Assembly (NCBI GenBank): GCA_030141605.1
Contig: JAQGDQ010000705.1
Location: 45,648-109,647 of the forward strand
Direction of reading: 5' to 3'
Source of the DNA: Tubiluchus corallicola
Lineage: Eukaryota; Animalia; Priapulida
Length of the DNA: 64,000 bases
The position numbers were made by a program, and so were the translations under genes. Positions 39,201 through 53,800 of the stretch are shown one piece after another (the first letter of the stretch is position 1; every line of letters starts with the position of its first letter). The notes below the pieces were generated by a model. The model did not search any database and was not told where the DNA came from. It saw only the letters and a program-made list of their open reading frames with translations.

Positions 39201-42200
39201 AACATGGAGGGGCAGCAGGTTCCAAAGTTGCGGGGAAGCATACGAAAATGACCAGCCACCACAAGTGGCAAGACTAATCCTTGGCACATTCAAATTGTGT
39301 AAAGTACAAAATCTCAACTGCCTACTAGGCATGTACCATGTAAAAGCTTGTTTGCTTGAATACTTATAGTTAAACAATGTAATTGTTATTATAATGAAAA
39401 TTTTTCATTTATGTATCAACTGTTTTTACTTTTTCGTTTCAGATAAGGAACAAGTCTTTTATTCTCGTGCTGAGATAGCATCATGCAGTTATGAGGCACG
39501 TAAAGCTGGCTTGCGCAATGGCATGTTCTTAGGTGCTGCTAAAAAGTTGTGCCCTGACTTACAGACAATTCCATATGAATTTGAGAAATATAAGCAAGTG
39601 TCACAGAAACTGTATGATATTGTTGCCAGGTAAATTGAATAACTTGCATGTTAATAGCAAAATTACCATTGCTTTGGAAGTTTAAAGGTTATCTTAATTC
39701 AGTGGCTAATAACATCAAACTACGTGTTTTTTTCAAGAGTTAGCTAGCCAAACATTGGTATTTGATTTTGTAAGATTTTAAGGAAAATTCAAGGTTCAAA
39801 CAACTTTTAGGGTATTTTTATATACAGTTAAATATTAAAATATGTAAATATTAAAACATTAAAATATTGAAATTACACTTACATAAAGATTCTCCACTCA
39901 GTGGTTTGGCAACTTTGTGGCTTGGGTAAGCACATGCAGCTTAAACTAATGCAATATTGCCCAGAAAAATCAGAAATCTGCCTAGCTATTTTTTTTTGTA
40001 AAAGTTTGTTGTACTTTTATCAGAGTGTTGCTTTTGTTTGTTTAGCCACTGACGCCATTATTCATTCAAAATTAATAGGCATGAGTGTGAAATGACTGCG
40101 ACTTTAAAATGCTTTTGTTAATTACACAAGATGCTTAACTCATTTTTATAGTTGAAGCTTTCTAAAATCTTTCGTGATCATGCTAATAAACCTAAGTTCA
40201 AGCGTGGCGTGTCTTTTTCTTTGAACTGTTATAGCTAGAGAGGCTTTTGTTTGGTACTAAGTTAATTACATGTATAATTTTTCCAGTTTTACTCGTACTA
40301 TTGAGGCTGTTAGCTGTGATGAGTTATTAGTTGACCTTACCACACTAGTGAATGATTTTAAACTTCATCCCTATGACATCGTCTGTGTGATTAGAAAAGA
40401 GATTAAAATAGCAACTGGTTGCAATGTTTCTGCAGGACTAGGTAAGTGTATTATTCATTTATTGTAGAACTAAAATTTTGTTCAGTTGTTTATGTAATTA
40501 TATGATGTGCCATTGTATAAAATTAGACTGGTTTGTAAATTTGTTTGTTGATAGATTTGTTGTTATAAAGTAACAGGACAGTTGAAGAACTGATTCTCCT
40601 CTGTGGTTCAACGTTACTGAAAAACATTCAAAGCTTTGTTGTTATTTTTGTTTCAGCTTTAAAAGTAAGTATAATTATGTGACCTGATATGATCTTATTT
40701 CATTTTATTTCAGGACCAAATATTTTAATTGCAAGGTTAGCAACTCGTTTAGCTAAACCAAATGGACAGCATTTCGTTAGCATTGAGTGTGTTGGGGAAT
40801 TTATCAGGACACAAAACGTGAAGGACTTACCTGGTTCGTTCATTACACATTTCTATTTTCTTTTTTTTTATTAAATAATATTCATTTAATAATTTTACGA
40901 TTTTCCCACAGTAAAGGTCTATAATGTGTTGTGATGGATGCCAGTATGGTAATTTCGCTCAGTGTATTTCAGTATAAGTAAATATTGTATTTTATAAATC
41001 GCCATAATTTAGTAGCACAGTGTGTCCAGGTTATGCAGCTAAATGATCTGCCTGTATACATAATAAACATTGTAATTTTGCAGGAGTCGGGTATAGCTTG
41101 TACGCTAAATTACAAGAACTAGGCATTCAGACTTGTGAAGATCTGCAGCAGCACCAGTTGCAAAAACTGCAAAAAGAGTTTGGCAACAAAGTAGGAAAAC
41201 ATCTGCATGACTATTGTAGAGGTCAAGACACTAGAAGTATTTGTGCAGAGAAAGAACGGAAGTCTGTGTCAGCCGAGATCAACTATGGAATGAGATTTAC
41301 ACAGGTAATGTAGAAATGAATTAAAGATTAACCAGTAATTTCATAGACTAGAATAGTAATTTGGATTGGCATCATATATGAAATTTCAAACAAATTAATA
41401 TGTTATTAATTATAATTACTTTCAGAATTTAAAGAAATGTTGTAAGATTGCACCTGTTCCTTTTTCGGGTTGTCTGCTAAACAAGTTAATGTGTAGTTTT
41501 TTCAGAAAATGGACAAGTGTGCAATAAAAGCAAAACGAAATGGTAATAATGCGCAACTTAATTTAGAAACTAGAATACACTAGAAGTTCTCTCAAATACA
41601 CCGACACATCTCTCTGTAATATTTTATTTGTTCATTGTAAAATGAACACTAAATTTTACTGAAAAATTAAAACAGAGTTTAGTAATTTTATTTAGCACAA
41701 TATATTATAACTGTTACATTAATATATGAAAGTGCTTATGAAAATATGAATTTGCTAAGCTATTTTGCCTTGCTCACTTATAACACCACTCCTAGAAAAT
41801 ACTTGCATGCAAATACAACACCACCTGAGTTACTGCACAAGGTGATGCATTTATTTTCTTTTAAGAGTGCTCCTGGATTTCAATCTGGGACATCTTTTTG
41901 TGTACATATAAAAAAAAATCTAAATCGAGGTCCATGCTAGTTTACTAAAATTAAACTTTTGCCAAATATAAAAATTTTCCGTGAAATTTTCGTATGTCTG
42001 ACACTTTCGTGAGAAAAAAGTTTTGAACTTGTAGAGCTATGGATGATGGCCATCAGAAGAATAAGTGATTTTTCGTTTTGTGAATTTAGTTTCTTCTTTA
42101 CGTTGTCTGTATTCTTAAGATTCTTCTGAGGAGAATAATTACTAAAAACTCTTTTGCGTTAGTTTGCGGATGTTGAAAGATTTTTGATGGAGTTGTCAGC

Positions 42201-45200
42201 AGAAGTTGCTAACCGGTTGCTACAAGTTGATTCAAAAGGAAAGGCGCTGACACTGAAACTGAAGGTAAATGCACTTATATTTTGTAATGGCCGTGAGGCA
42301 AAAATGTTGCAGTGCTGTTAATACGAATTGAAAATGTATTTATTGTAAATAACATACCTGTAGTAACCTGAAATACTTTGAATGATTGTACGGAATATAA
42401 TGCACCTACAGTGGTCAGAGATTCTCTGAATGATTGTATGGACTGAAATTGTATTTGCTGCAGAGATGTGCAGGTAGCGGATTGCGGATAATGGATTTCT
42501 AATGCCTAAATTTGTGGATTTTCGCAAAATTGTGGCATGCAAAATCCATGTAGGTAAGGTAAAATTTTCAGTTGTTTGCACAAAAAGTTAACGCAATTTC
42601 AGTACATTTTTTTGTTTTGTCACGATAATTATGGTTTGTGGTGGGTGTGATGGGTATGATATGGTGGGGTGATGTATGTAAATCATGTATTGCGAGTTGT
42701 TGTTGAGATTTTACAAGCAAATTCCTTTGTGAAATCTGGCTAGTAATTTATTATTGATTAACGATTATAACTTCTAGCTTCATGTAAAAAAAGTTTTTAA
42801 CAATAGGGCAGATATAGCAAGTCTTGCTTTTGCCTACGTTTTTGAAGATTTGCAGACACACAATGTTCAAATTTCACATAAATCCATGGATTTTGCGGAG
42901 GCAGATATGTACAGTTGCGGATTTTGTTGTTGTGGATTACAGGTTCTCAGCTTGTATATATGAGCACTTAATGTACCTTCATTAATCTAAGTATGTACAA
43001 ACCCAAGTTTATACAAAATATTCCTAATGAACGAGACCCAGTTATACACGTTTTCGTTTTCTTTTTGTTTACAGTACAGTCTAAATATGCATTGTAAATT
43101 AGACTATTGCAGGGTGTTTCCAGTATGTGTAGCCAATAGTTTACAACTAAATTTACAATAAAGATAAAAGTTGGGTATATACCCATTTCTGCTATAACAG
43201 CTAAGTTACTAGAGTTTGAATGTACATGTAACATCTGTTTACAAAACTTTAACTGAACAAGTTCTCTTTTCAATTTGTCAAAATCTGCTTCGAGAGTATC
43301 ATGAATTAATGAGTTACCAGTATTGTTGATTGTATATTGTTTTCAGTATTATATATATATATTATAGTTTTATGCTTAACAACTATTTTTAAATGTGAAT
43401 TTCGTGCAAGTATTTTGGAACTGTGACCTGTCACTATGTTGTACATCAGTCTTTTGAATGATTATTAATTAAGGCCTAACAGTCATGAGTCTACAATTTA
43501 ATGCTCTAGATGATGGCAATGTATTTGAATTTTTGAGGCAATTTGGTATCCACCTCTGATTTATATGAGATACCGTTATATAGGTGCGAAGTTCTGATGC
43601 CCCCGTCGTTCCTGCGAAGTTTATGGGTTGTGGTGTCTGTGACAATATTGCCAAATCTGTGACATTGCCACGAGCCACTGATAGTGCAGACATGATTGCC
43701 AAAGAATGTCTAGTCATGTTAAAATCCCTGAAACCCACAGCTGAAGATGTCCGAGGGGTACGTAGACAGCAAACTATAACCGAAATCACTGGTAGTTGAA
43801 TTGATTATGAGTCCGAACTTAAAGAAAAGTCATTTCTACTTGAAAATGAGTACAAACTGTTTTTCATGGAATCATATCTGTTGAGGCAAAATGCTAGTAG
43901 AATTTTTTACTGAGAAGCAATTGTAAAAACAGCTAAATTTGGGAGGAATTTCACACCACGCTCTCACTAAGGCAAATGGGCAACCTGCTATTTTCATGTT
44001 GAATTATCATCAGTTTCCCAAGACAAATAGGTGTATATGGACCAGATGTTTCGATTAGATAAGGCTGTTGTGAAATTGCCGTAAATTATATACATGTAGC
44101 TATATCTACACCTTGTGTAAGAATTTTGACAGGAATTCACGTCAGTGACTGACAGAATTCGATATAAAAAGTGATTTCAAAGCTTAGGTTAGTGAAAAAG
44201 TCTTATTTTTATTTAAATGTGCTTTGTCCATTCCTGTAGCATAAGGCAAATTAAACTGAGGTTGGCACGTTGTTTGCACTTTTTCTTCTCACTAACACAT
44301 AGTTCTAAAGCGGTATGATTTGCTTGCATAGATGGGAATACAAGTTAATAAATTGCAACCTGCTGGAGGAGCAGAAAGTTCCAATCCTATTGACCGTTTC
44401 TTACAAAAACATGATCAAGAATTAGATAGAGAAGAAATTTCACAATTAGCTGATAAAAAGACAACAGTCAACTGTGCACAGAAAACTAATCAGAAGCCAA
44501 AGTTTCATGCACGGATGGGAAGCAAGTACCAAGCTTTGTCTGAGTCACAGGTATTTGATATTACTGTCCACAGTGTAAGTATTGTAGAGTCTGTAGGCAC
44601 ATGATTTTTATTATGGACTAACATAGCATTACAGCAGCATGTTGTAGGGTTTGACAAGGTAAGACAGTAGTATTGTTCGAAACTATGTTTCAAAAAATTA
44701 ATGTTTGTTACATTAGGCATAAAGCACCAGTTGTTGAATCATTGCAGCATTTTCTGTTTTAAGTATTCTAGAGTGGCATAATAAAAAACTCTCTGGAATG
44801 ATCCTGAATCACAAGAATTAGAACGATAAATAAGGCCCTGTGCATGTATGACGTCATGTAATGGCGCCGTCGGAACAGTATTGCGGGAGATTAAAATGAA
44901 GACAAATAAACATTCCTTTCAACACGAACACGATATATGCATAAAATTGCTGTAAAGTAATATAGTTTTTTAAGAAAATTTTTCTGAAACCTTACCAAGT
45001 TTCTTGTCCTTTAAGTGTGAGAAAAAAGTACCGTCTTATGAAGAGGCGCTACTAAACATATAAAAGAGCATAAAGAAAAACAAATTCATGAATATAAATT
45101 GTTGTTACCATTCTCTGCTACTACCTTTTAAGAAACTCAGTGACAAATTCAGAATTATGAAAATGGAGATCAAAATAAGAATCTTGAAACCGAAAAGTGA

Positions 45201-48200
45201 ACTGCAAACACAACTCGGTGCAATGAACACTTCAACAAAAAGTGCCCACTTCTGATTACTGCATCAATGCTTTCAGTGTTTTAATGGAATTTAATTTATG
45301 TGGTTTTAGCAGGAAAACTTTTAGGCATGCTACTGCCCTAACCTTAACAATGATGTACTTGACTGACAGCCGCTCCTCTGCCGAAATCATTTTTTTCAGC
45401 TAGTGTTCGTATAGATGATCAGTGGACCAATAATAGTCAACAGTTCATCAAAATTATTTGGACTTACCTGATAATAACTAAAGAATTTACTCGAGTTAGT
45501 CCTTTCAGTAATCGCTGGCTAGTGATTGGGTGGGTCCATTATTTCCAGCATCTCTTTGTCTTTTTGAGAATTAATAATGCACAAATATGAGCAACTTCTT
45601 CAAACTCCACACCGTTAGATGCACAATTTAAATTTGCATGTCTGCGCACCTGATTTTGGTACACTAGTAAAATTGCTGCAATTTTCAGTTCTGCAACTTT
45701 TTGCTGTGTTATTTGTGTCTGCATGGGGCCTAACAATTCCCACAATAAGGAAAGCAAAAAACACGATTTTTATTTCATTCCACAATTGTGGATTACCGTC
45801 ATTTCAGGTGGAACAATAAAGGAGAGAGAGAGGGGGAGGGACGGAGGAGATGGAGAGAGTGAGACAATTCTTAATTCTGTTAACTGCAAAGTGTGTAGAG
45901 TTCATAAAAATGGAACTCAGAGGTTCAGGTTAACTTCACCACTACGATGATTGCAAAATGTATATTTGAGAGTCAGCTAAGTACTGTTGATTTTGCTTCT
46001 GGAATGCGTCTGCATTCCAACAGTATTTTCTATGGTAGACAAGACTAACTGCAGATTTCTAATGCTATTAACTATATTGCAGATTGATCCTCAAGTGTTT
46101 GCTGAGTTGCCAGTAGATGTAAGAGAACAACTGGTTACTGAACTACAGCAAAATAAACGTGACCAACCGAAGACGAGTGTCATTGTTGCTAACGGGTGCA
46201 GGTTGGCAGAGGATTATCAACAAAATGCTTTAATAAATGCCAAACAGAATGCAGATGTTCAGGCATCATCATTGACAACCCCATTAACAACAGCAGCAGT
46301 ATCTACAGCAGTTACATCGAATGTTATGAGTTTGTCTCAGGTATAATAATTTTTTTATTATAAATGAAAAAGTGGAACCCTCTTTTGTTAGTGTTGTCGT
46401 TACTTAGCTATTTTGTGCTTTGATACCACACTGTTAGATGTTCCATTTGGGGAAAACTATATGAAACAATCAGATGCATAAATAATCTTGATATTCTTTC
46501 TGCTTCAATTTAGATGGAAATTCATTTTGGACAGTTCTTATTTTCTTCTTGTTCTGATTAACACTGACCATAGTTTTTATAGGTAGTTAAAAGTCTGAAA
46601 TGAGGATGAAACTTCCAGTTACATTATAGTTTAAAATTTGCTGCTATGTGGCCATTTTGGCATTCATATCTTTTGACTTTTTCTTCAGATTGATCAAAGC
46701 TTCATGGCTGCATTACCCGATGACATCCGACAGGAACTGATAGATGAGTGTCACAATCAAGCGAAAATGAAGTGTGCTAATAATAATGCAAACCACATAG
46801 AGGTGAGTTCATACTGCTTTTTAAACTGTGAGAGGTGGCAGAAGAGTGTATAATCAAATTACTTTTGTCATATTTCAGAGCTACTGACATTTAGTAACTA
46901 CCAGTCAGGCTGTTATGTTTCCATGGTCAATCATTCAATGTAATCATTGTAGTGGTCTTGTGATTCGGTATTAATATTTTAACCTTATGATTTGTTTACT
47001 ATTACTGTAGCACTTTTTAATATGCTTTTCTATTTTTTAATCATAGGTGTTGGTAATTAGCTATTTGCTTTCATTACTTTGTCGAGTAGAAAGAAATCAG
47101 GATTAAAATATCAGCAGAATTTCCATTTTCAGACTCGTGGTTTACCTGCAAATCAGCCATGTAATGCTACTTCACGTCCTCCCGCACGATCTCCAAAGCA
47201 GAAAAAAGATCTGAAGGGTAAAGTAAAAAGATCTACACCAAAGAAAGATCAAATTAAAGTTAGGAAAAGTTTGAAAGGTGTTCATGCAATACCAGATGTG
47301 AGTTGCTTGTATGTTTACCTGTAACCAATCAAGAATTGGTCAAATATTCTGTTTATTTTACCGAGCTTACATTTTCGCATACCCACTTTCCACTTTTTTT
47401 GTAGAAAAACACTCCAAAGGATAATGAAGTTGCTCCCATCAATGATAAGTTGGTGCCTTCGTTGGGAGGAGCCACAAACATTGATGCTGTTCGTACATTA
47501 ATTTGTGAATGGGCTGAATCGTGTAAAGGTACATTAGAACTGTTAAGTTTGTCTTGTTTTTGAAAAATCTGCCATATCTAAACCGTGTGATTTTGAACTT
47601 AGCACATTGGCACAGTCAAAAGTTATTGAACATAAATTAATTTGCTGTCCCACCCACAGCTGTGTTACCTCTTATTTGACAAAGGAATGTAGGAGTTGTT
47701 GCTTTTCAAATAAGCGTAACTAATTTCTGAACTTAGCTTGCTGGAGTTCATGAATACTGTTTTAAATATTATTCCACATTTTCAGAACCTTTATCAGAAG
47801 ACGTGGAAGAATTTATTAGTTTTCTCAGAGATTTAATTTTGGACAAAAATTTGGAAATGATGGACTCTTCCTTAAAGTTTTTCATCAGGTAGGTGTTTTT
47901 GTATCACTTTCGAAAATATGCCCAGAGCTAATACGAGCAAAAACAACATATTCAGTCGTTTCTCATTTTCTGTCTTCTGGAAATATTTCAAAGCATGTCA
48001 CATTTGTTTTTCCCAAATGTTTGTGGAAGTACAGCATATCTTTGTTCAGCACAGAACTATTAGAAATAAAGTTTCACTTAGCAATTTTTCAACAGTAATT
48101 TGTGCCTGTACAAAAAGAAGTATTCCCAACAGATGATCAGCTATATAACAAGTTCTCACCTGTCGCACATTGTTTAGTGACAGTTCATTTTAACATTAAT

Positions 48201-48369
48201 GATCTTCTTGCTTAATGAAAAAATGTACCATAACAATGTAACCGTGTTTAGGTTGGTAAAGAAAATGGGATCAGATTATTGGCTGGCATCGCTGTACAAT
48301 GTCATTGACAGAGTGCAATGTACCATGCTTAGCTTGTATGGAAGTAAACTCGAAATAACTAATCTATAG
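35717..48369 (+). CDS. REV1: DNA repair protein REV1 (Y-family deoxycytidyl transferase), about 1075 aa
   Basis: Exons 35717-35761, 35974-36103, 37058-37226, 37889-38712, 39443-39629, 40287-40441, 40714-40833, 41084-41304, 42163-42264, 43584-43757, 44332-44550, 46083-46340, 46689-46802, 47133-47297, 47405-47528, 47786-47888, 48252-48369 (3228 nt, in frame). Motifs: WEVWGGYM, BRCT (IFSGISIYVNGYTDP), FYSHSRLHHISTW, HIDMDCFF, SCSYEAR, EAVSCDE, RKSVSAEINYG, KFMGCGVCD, two UBMs and the C-terminal YGSKL domain. Confidence 0.96.
37305..37480. repeat. Degenerate minisatellite, about 30 bp unit
   Basis: Repeated (T)ATCTAATA(C/T)GTTTTGTGTACTGGCAAG-like units in REV1 intron 3. Confidence 0.55.
39126..39330 (-). 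mobile_element. L2-clade LINE 3' fragment
   Basis: GGWSFSYASPQLWNLLPLHVKMSLSLPYFKSQIKTLLFSRAF is the canonical C-terminus of L2 ORF2. Confidence 0.85.
42968..43290 (-). mobile_element. Non-LTR retrotransposon ORF2 fragment
   Basis: ELVQLKFCKQMLHVHSNSSNLAVIAEMGIYP...VNYWLHIL resembles the post-RT region of invertebrate LINEs. Confidence 0.75.
44834..45730. mobile_element. Probable PIF/Harbinger-type non-autonomous element
   Basis: Termini GGCCCTGTGCA and GGCCCCATGCA (reverse complement, 9/11 match), both flanked by TAA (3-bp TSD). Confidence 0.5.
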
Positions 48370-50899
48370 GGACAACATTCCATGACAGTTTTTGGGATTC
48401 ATATCATAAACAAGTGTGATGACAGCTAAAAATATGTTGCTGTTAATAATGATTATAACTTATATAAATGTTTATAATTGAAGTCTATTTTTTTTAAATA
48501 AATTGCACGCAGTAGTTTATTTTATTTATTTGTTTCGATATAATTATACGAATTATACAATTTTACTAAGCAAAATCATTATCAACATCTTTTTATTAGA
48601 CTGAATAGAGCACATTTCATTTTACAATTGATAAAGGTCAGTATGTAATCTACAAGTAATTGTCTGCACCATAAAAATCAAGTAGGTTACAGCTTTTTGC
48701 AAAATGGTTTGCTTTTCAACAGAGAGTTTCAAGTTCATACATGTTGTATTGTAAACTAGAGCTGTAACAATACATTTAAGTCACAATACGATATGTATCA
48801 TGATACACATTGAGCCAACATTTGCAAGCTTTAACAAAAAATAAGATTAAGTAGATTAAGTTATTGATATACATTTGTATTATATGTATTAGATTTATTT
48901 GACAGTTTTAAGATTGGTAAATCCTTAAATAATTCAGCAAATTTCTTATAAACACCCTGTTAGTTTTACAAGTGATGCATGACAATATAGTGTGCAAAAC
49001 AGATGAAAAACAAAATAAAAACATACTAAAAATAGAAATGATAATCCGAGACACAGCCAGCTCAAAGTCGTGCTATAGTGTGTCTGCGAATACTCATGAA
49101 GAACAGTTTGTAGCAAATAATACTCCATATAGATAATGTTACAAACTCACAATTAATTTAATTTTAATACCAAACTTGAAAGACAGGAAATATAAAAGGA
49201 TGGGAAGCAGCCTGTGCCTGGATCATTAATGATAATCTTTATATTATAATAATTACTTAATGCAAATATTTCTTTTAACTGGTACAATTGGTGCAAATTT
49301 CTTGTTGTAGCAAATCCCATCAAACTTAATTAAGTATCCATATAGTATATCCCTTAATCAAATTGGTGTATTTACATCAAATAAAGGATACGCAATATTA
49401 TTTCAATCAATACTTGAATACACAAAATGGAATAAAAAGTGGTTTCATCAAAAAATTTAAGAACTGAAACAACAAATTCCGATTCCAGTGGAGTGTGAAG
49501 AACTCTGTGGCAATCATAAACTCCTAGAGGCTATAGCTTTACAATATACCATAGAGGCCAGTCGTCGATGCGAGGAATTAACCTGCCTATTGTTTCACTT
49601 GTTATTTCAAAAGCCATCTGTCAAAATATCAAACAACAAATACCAGTTAATTTGATCGATTATTAACTGCTTAAAACATACCAACTTGCCTAGGTGTCAA
49701 ATTGTGATAAAAACACGGTACACATTATTGCAGGACTGCTCTAGGTGTTCATTGTTCTATGATAGTTTAATTACTTGTCAAGATGGAAAAAACAAAATCC
49801 CAAACAAACGAGAAAACGACTAAAATTTGGTCTAGAAAATGGATAAATCACACCGCAACTGATTTAACTGCAAAGAATCGTCCCGTACATGGCTGTAAAT
49901 CTCATAAAAACAACCAAGTCAGTTGGAAATTTGACAATATGCTATGCAATTTGACAAGCATATTATAAACACTGAACTATCATAACTAAACACTAGTTCT
50001 CTTGGCTATCATAAGTATACATATTCTAATTTCAGCAGCATACAGGCTAGTCATTTATGAAACAGGTTTTATTATAACAGTTTTTGTCAGTTCCAAAAGC
50101 TTGGAATGTAACTAGTCCTGCAAATTTATATCCAATATTATGGCACGTGCTTTATGAATACATGTACAAAAATATAAAACTGCTACTGCATACAGTTTCA
50201 CATCAAGTAGTTTCAAGTATATAAATCTCCCAAATGGAAACGTAAAAAACTATGTACTAGATATTAATTAGTAACATGTTTGAATTAGATAATATCATCA
50301 CGGAATTGGTTATTAAATATATTGTTTTTTAGAGTTTTGATACACACGTGCAGTTGCAGTTTAGAGGTGTAGGCTAAAGATTATTCGTATTTTAACTTCG
50401 TGTCCACCCAGCACTGGCAAAACAACTGACACTCTTATGGGACTATAACCACGTAATCACTATTGGAAATTTCGATAGCAGAGCATGTAAGATAGAAGTT
50501 TTTTTTGTAAAACAGGCAGGTCTAATTAAAATTTTCAAATATTTGACCAGTATTTAATTAGCATTAAAGTAAATCTAACACGAATTGAACTCTTATTGAA
50601 ACAGCTTAGCAAAACAGCAGAAGCAGTCAGTGCAAACAAGCATGCCTTCACTCAGAACATCATTGCTTTTGTGAATGTACACAAATCCTGAGCTGAGGGG
50701 GTACCAGGTAACAATAACCTTTGACGTTTTTATGATTCTCATAAATTACTGAAACTCTGAAAAGGCCTATAGTAATTAAATATATAAAGCCTACCTTGTT
50801 TAGTATTCATTTCTTTAGTGTTATCCCGTTTTGGAGCTTATCCGAGCTACTGATAAACATTTTCTCGCAAAAAATGCCTTTTGTGCTTTAAATTTTGGG

Positions 50900-53800
50900 T
50901 CACAGGTGCCACGTTAAAAATTCTTTCGGTGGTTTTAAGAAATCTTCACTTTTCTTGTTGACAATCACTGCAGAAGGTGTGTATATTGGCCGCCTGCAAA
51001 AGGTGCTTGGTGTACAGTCTGCTAAACAATGGTTATCAATGAATGCATTGGGTGGTAATAAAACATTTGAGCAACTGTAAGTCTCTCTCAGATCTTCAAG
51101 GTTTTGTATTGTTTCTAAGCCTGAAGTCAGAAAGTAAAGACCAAATGAAAAGTCTGCTGGGCACAGAAGTACGTCACTGGCCATACCAGGCCGATCAGTT
51201 TCCTCAATGCCATGATGATTTCGCTCATTGCCAAGACCTAGTTTAGCGTACTCACATGGTAAAGTACAAAATTTGGTAGGAATGGCAGTAAATCCGGTCG
51301 GAGAACTATTACGTAGTTGATTAAGCACTGTGTGGTAACTGGTATCCTCAGTTAATAGCTTTTCGCTAAAATTCATAGTGACAACATTAGAGTCAACTTT
51401 AGTTAATTTATTGTTCCTCAGCAGATTAGATAAATAGAGTGGATAAGCACATTCTCTAGGAGGCACAAAATTTTCAAAAGAACCTGGTGTGAAATCAGTA
51501 GAATGAAGCCACTTGACACTGCTGTTTACATTGTTTATTTGCTTGTTTTGAACAAGTTCACTTGAGGCTAGAAATTCTGGTCTTCTTGGTTTAGTTTTCC
51601 TGCGAATAACATTGCCAACCATATCGCCACTAAAACCAGAAAATGTAGTTTTTTAACAGAACATAACTAACAGTTTATTTATGAAAATGATCCACAAATT
51701 TATAATAAGCATCATTTGATATTAAATAGGTCTGGCATCGAAAATACTAATGTAAAACAAAAATTGTAGACAGATTCCTGGATGTTATAATAAAAGGAAT
51801 TGTGTTTTTATTCGCTAATAATTTCACAGCCCAATGCTGTGTTTCCTTTGCGTAAACATTAGCAATATGCGACATTCGTTGAAATCTTACAATTATTCAA
51901 TGATATTGCATTTCGAAGACTGCTGCATATTTCTAAATGTTTACATCGATGAAGCAATCAGTAATGGGTTGCAAAACATCTGTTTGTTAGTGAATGAATA
52001 CCACGTGGTATGTTCGCACTTGCTCGATTTCAAGTGTAATGTCTAGCCGTGTTACAAGTGCTTCCAACGCGACTAGTGCAGGGCTCGATTTTGCTGATAT
52101 TATGGCATTCCTAAAAGCCTTGGTCTCAGTTAGTCAGTCTAGGCAACAACTGAGACAAATGTGATAATGACAACACTCACAAGAACAAATTTGACATTAT
52201 CCTTTCCACAACAATAGGCTAATAACTAATTAAACACAGCTTGAAACTTGAATTAATTATACACAGTTAGAAACTTGATATTGTTAGACACATGTCGCCA
52301 GTAGGCTCTAATAATTTAGTGTGTGCTGCTGCAGGCCTGCCAGCCAAATGACCGAACATGTATGCAAACTGCAGAGTCACTTGCGGCATATTTTGTAAAA
52401 ACCAAAAGCACAAGACATTTCTTCATGCTGTTGTAACGAAAAAGTGGTTCCCAAGTTCCCAGCGCTTCTTTAGGAATAAATAAATGGTTCATACTAAGTA
52501 GTTATTCAATCTACTGCATTGCTAAAGTAAGTTAATTCAGTTAGCCATTATAGCCAGTCTGTTCAAGGAAACACTGAAGAGGTCTTCTTGAAGAGGTCGA
52601 TCTGTCATGCTCAGAGACTTTGCAGAAAACCTGCTCTTTTAACTTCCTGATTTACATTTTACAGCATCTTTACTATAACGAAATTGAAATTTATTTTTTC
52701 TCCAATTATCTGCAAAGGTACTATGACTTACCCGAAAAGCCTTTTTCAAAAATTTTCATCATTAACTGCAACCAGTAAACAAAAGCTGCAAAAATTCGTC
52801 GGGACTCGGGCCAGTCCTCGCGTCGACAATGCACATGCACAGTGATAAAACTGCAACTTTCTTCAGCTAACGCAAAGGACTCCCACATTGCTAGCACTGC
52901 CCATATCGGGCATTCAGCTAGCAAGGCGATTTTACATCTCAGCTTAGCCTCAAAAGGCATGAGGTAATCAATTAAAATGTCACCTACATACATTAGTAAC
53001 TCAGCTGCAGCTCTGCCCACATAATTCTTTTTATTATTCAACAATTTGGTCTGGTCTTTGTCTTATCCGATTCTGTAATTTTGGGAAAATAAAAATCAAG
53101 ACTTGGCAATCATAATAAATGTTTCAAAACCCCTTGCCTCGTAAGTGTTTTAGTTTTCTTTGTTACCGTAGTCATCAGTGGTACAACATCCAAGCTCAAA
53201 TTTCTCTTGCGTTCATCCTGTTTAAAGAAAAACACTTGCATATAAATACAACATTTGAAGAATTGTGCAAAATAATGCAGTCAACTTTATCATTTCAATA
53301 TCATTGTAAATTAAGTCGTAATTTGTAGTTCATAATAAAAAAGAAACATTAGAAAACATTAATAAGCAATTATAAGAATAACTATTGCACCTCTTTACAT
53401 TCACTTACAATATGGCGTTTAGCAAAATGACTATGTCGGCTACCAAGCGTAATCACAGCTCTTTGATAGTATACCACGGTGTACCAAGCACAAAACACCT
53501 GCAATTTTAAAAGCTATGATCACGCGAAAAGGCTCAAAGGGCATCTGTAAAAATCACGACTAATGCATAAATTAACATACACATGCATTATATGCATATG
53601 AAGCATGTCCATGATGTATAAGTTTCTTGTTCAATTGGGATTGTTAATTTGATTGTGTTGTGACAAAGGATAACATAAAACAAAGATAAACATTTCTTCA
53701 AAAAATAAGTACAGCTTCTCAAAGCAAATGCATGGCAGAAACATACACGGGCAAGTTTGTAAAACTAAACTGATAATACACCAAGTGTCATCTTGTTCAT

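Noticed and set aside
52721-53044. 107-aa minus-strand ORF inside the SFI1-like region
   Set aside because: No Sfi1 repeat or other recognisable motif, and its phases do not link cleanly to the flanking exons.
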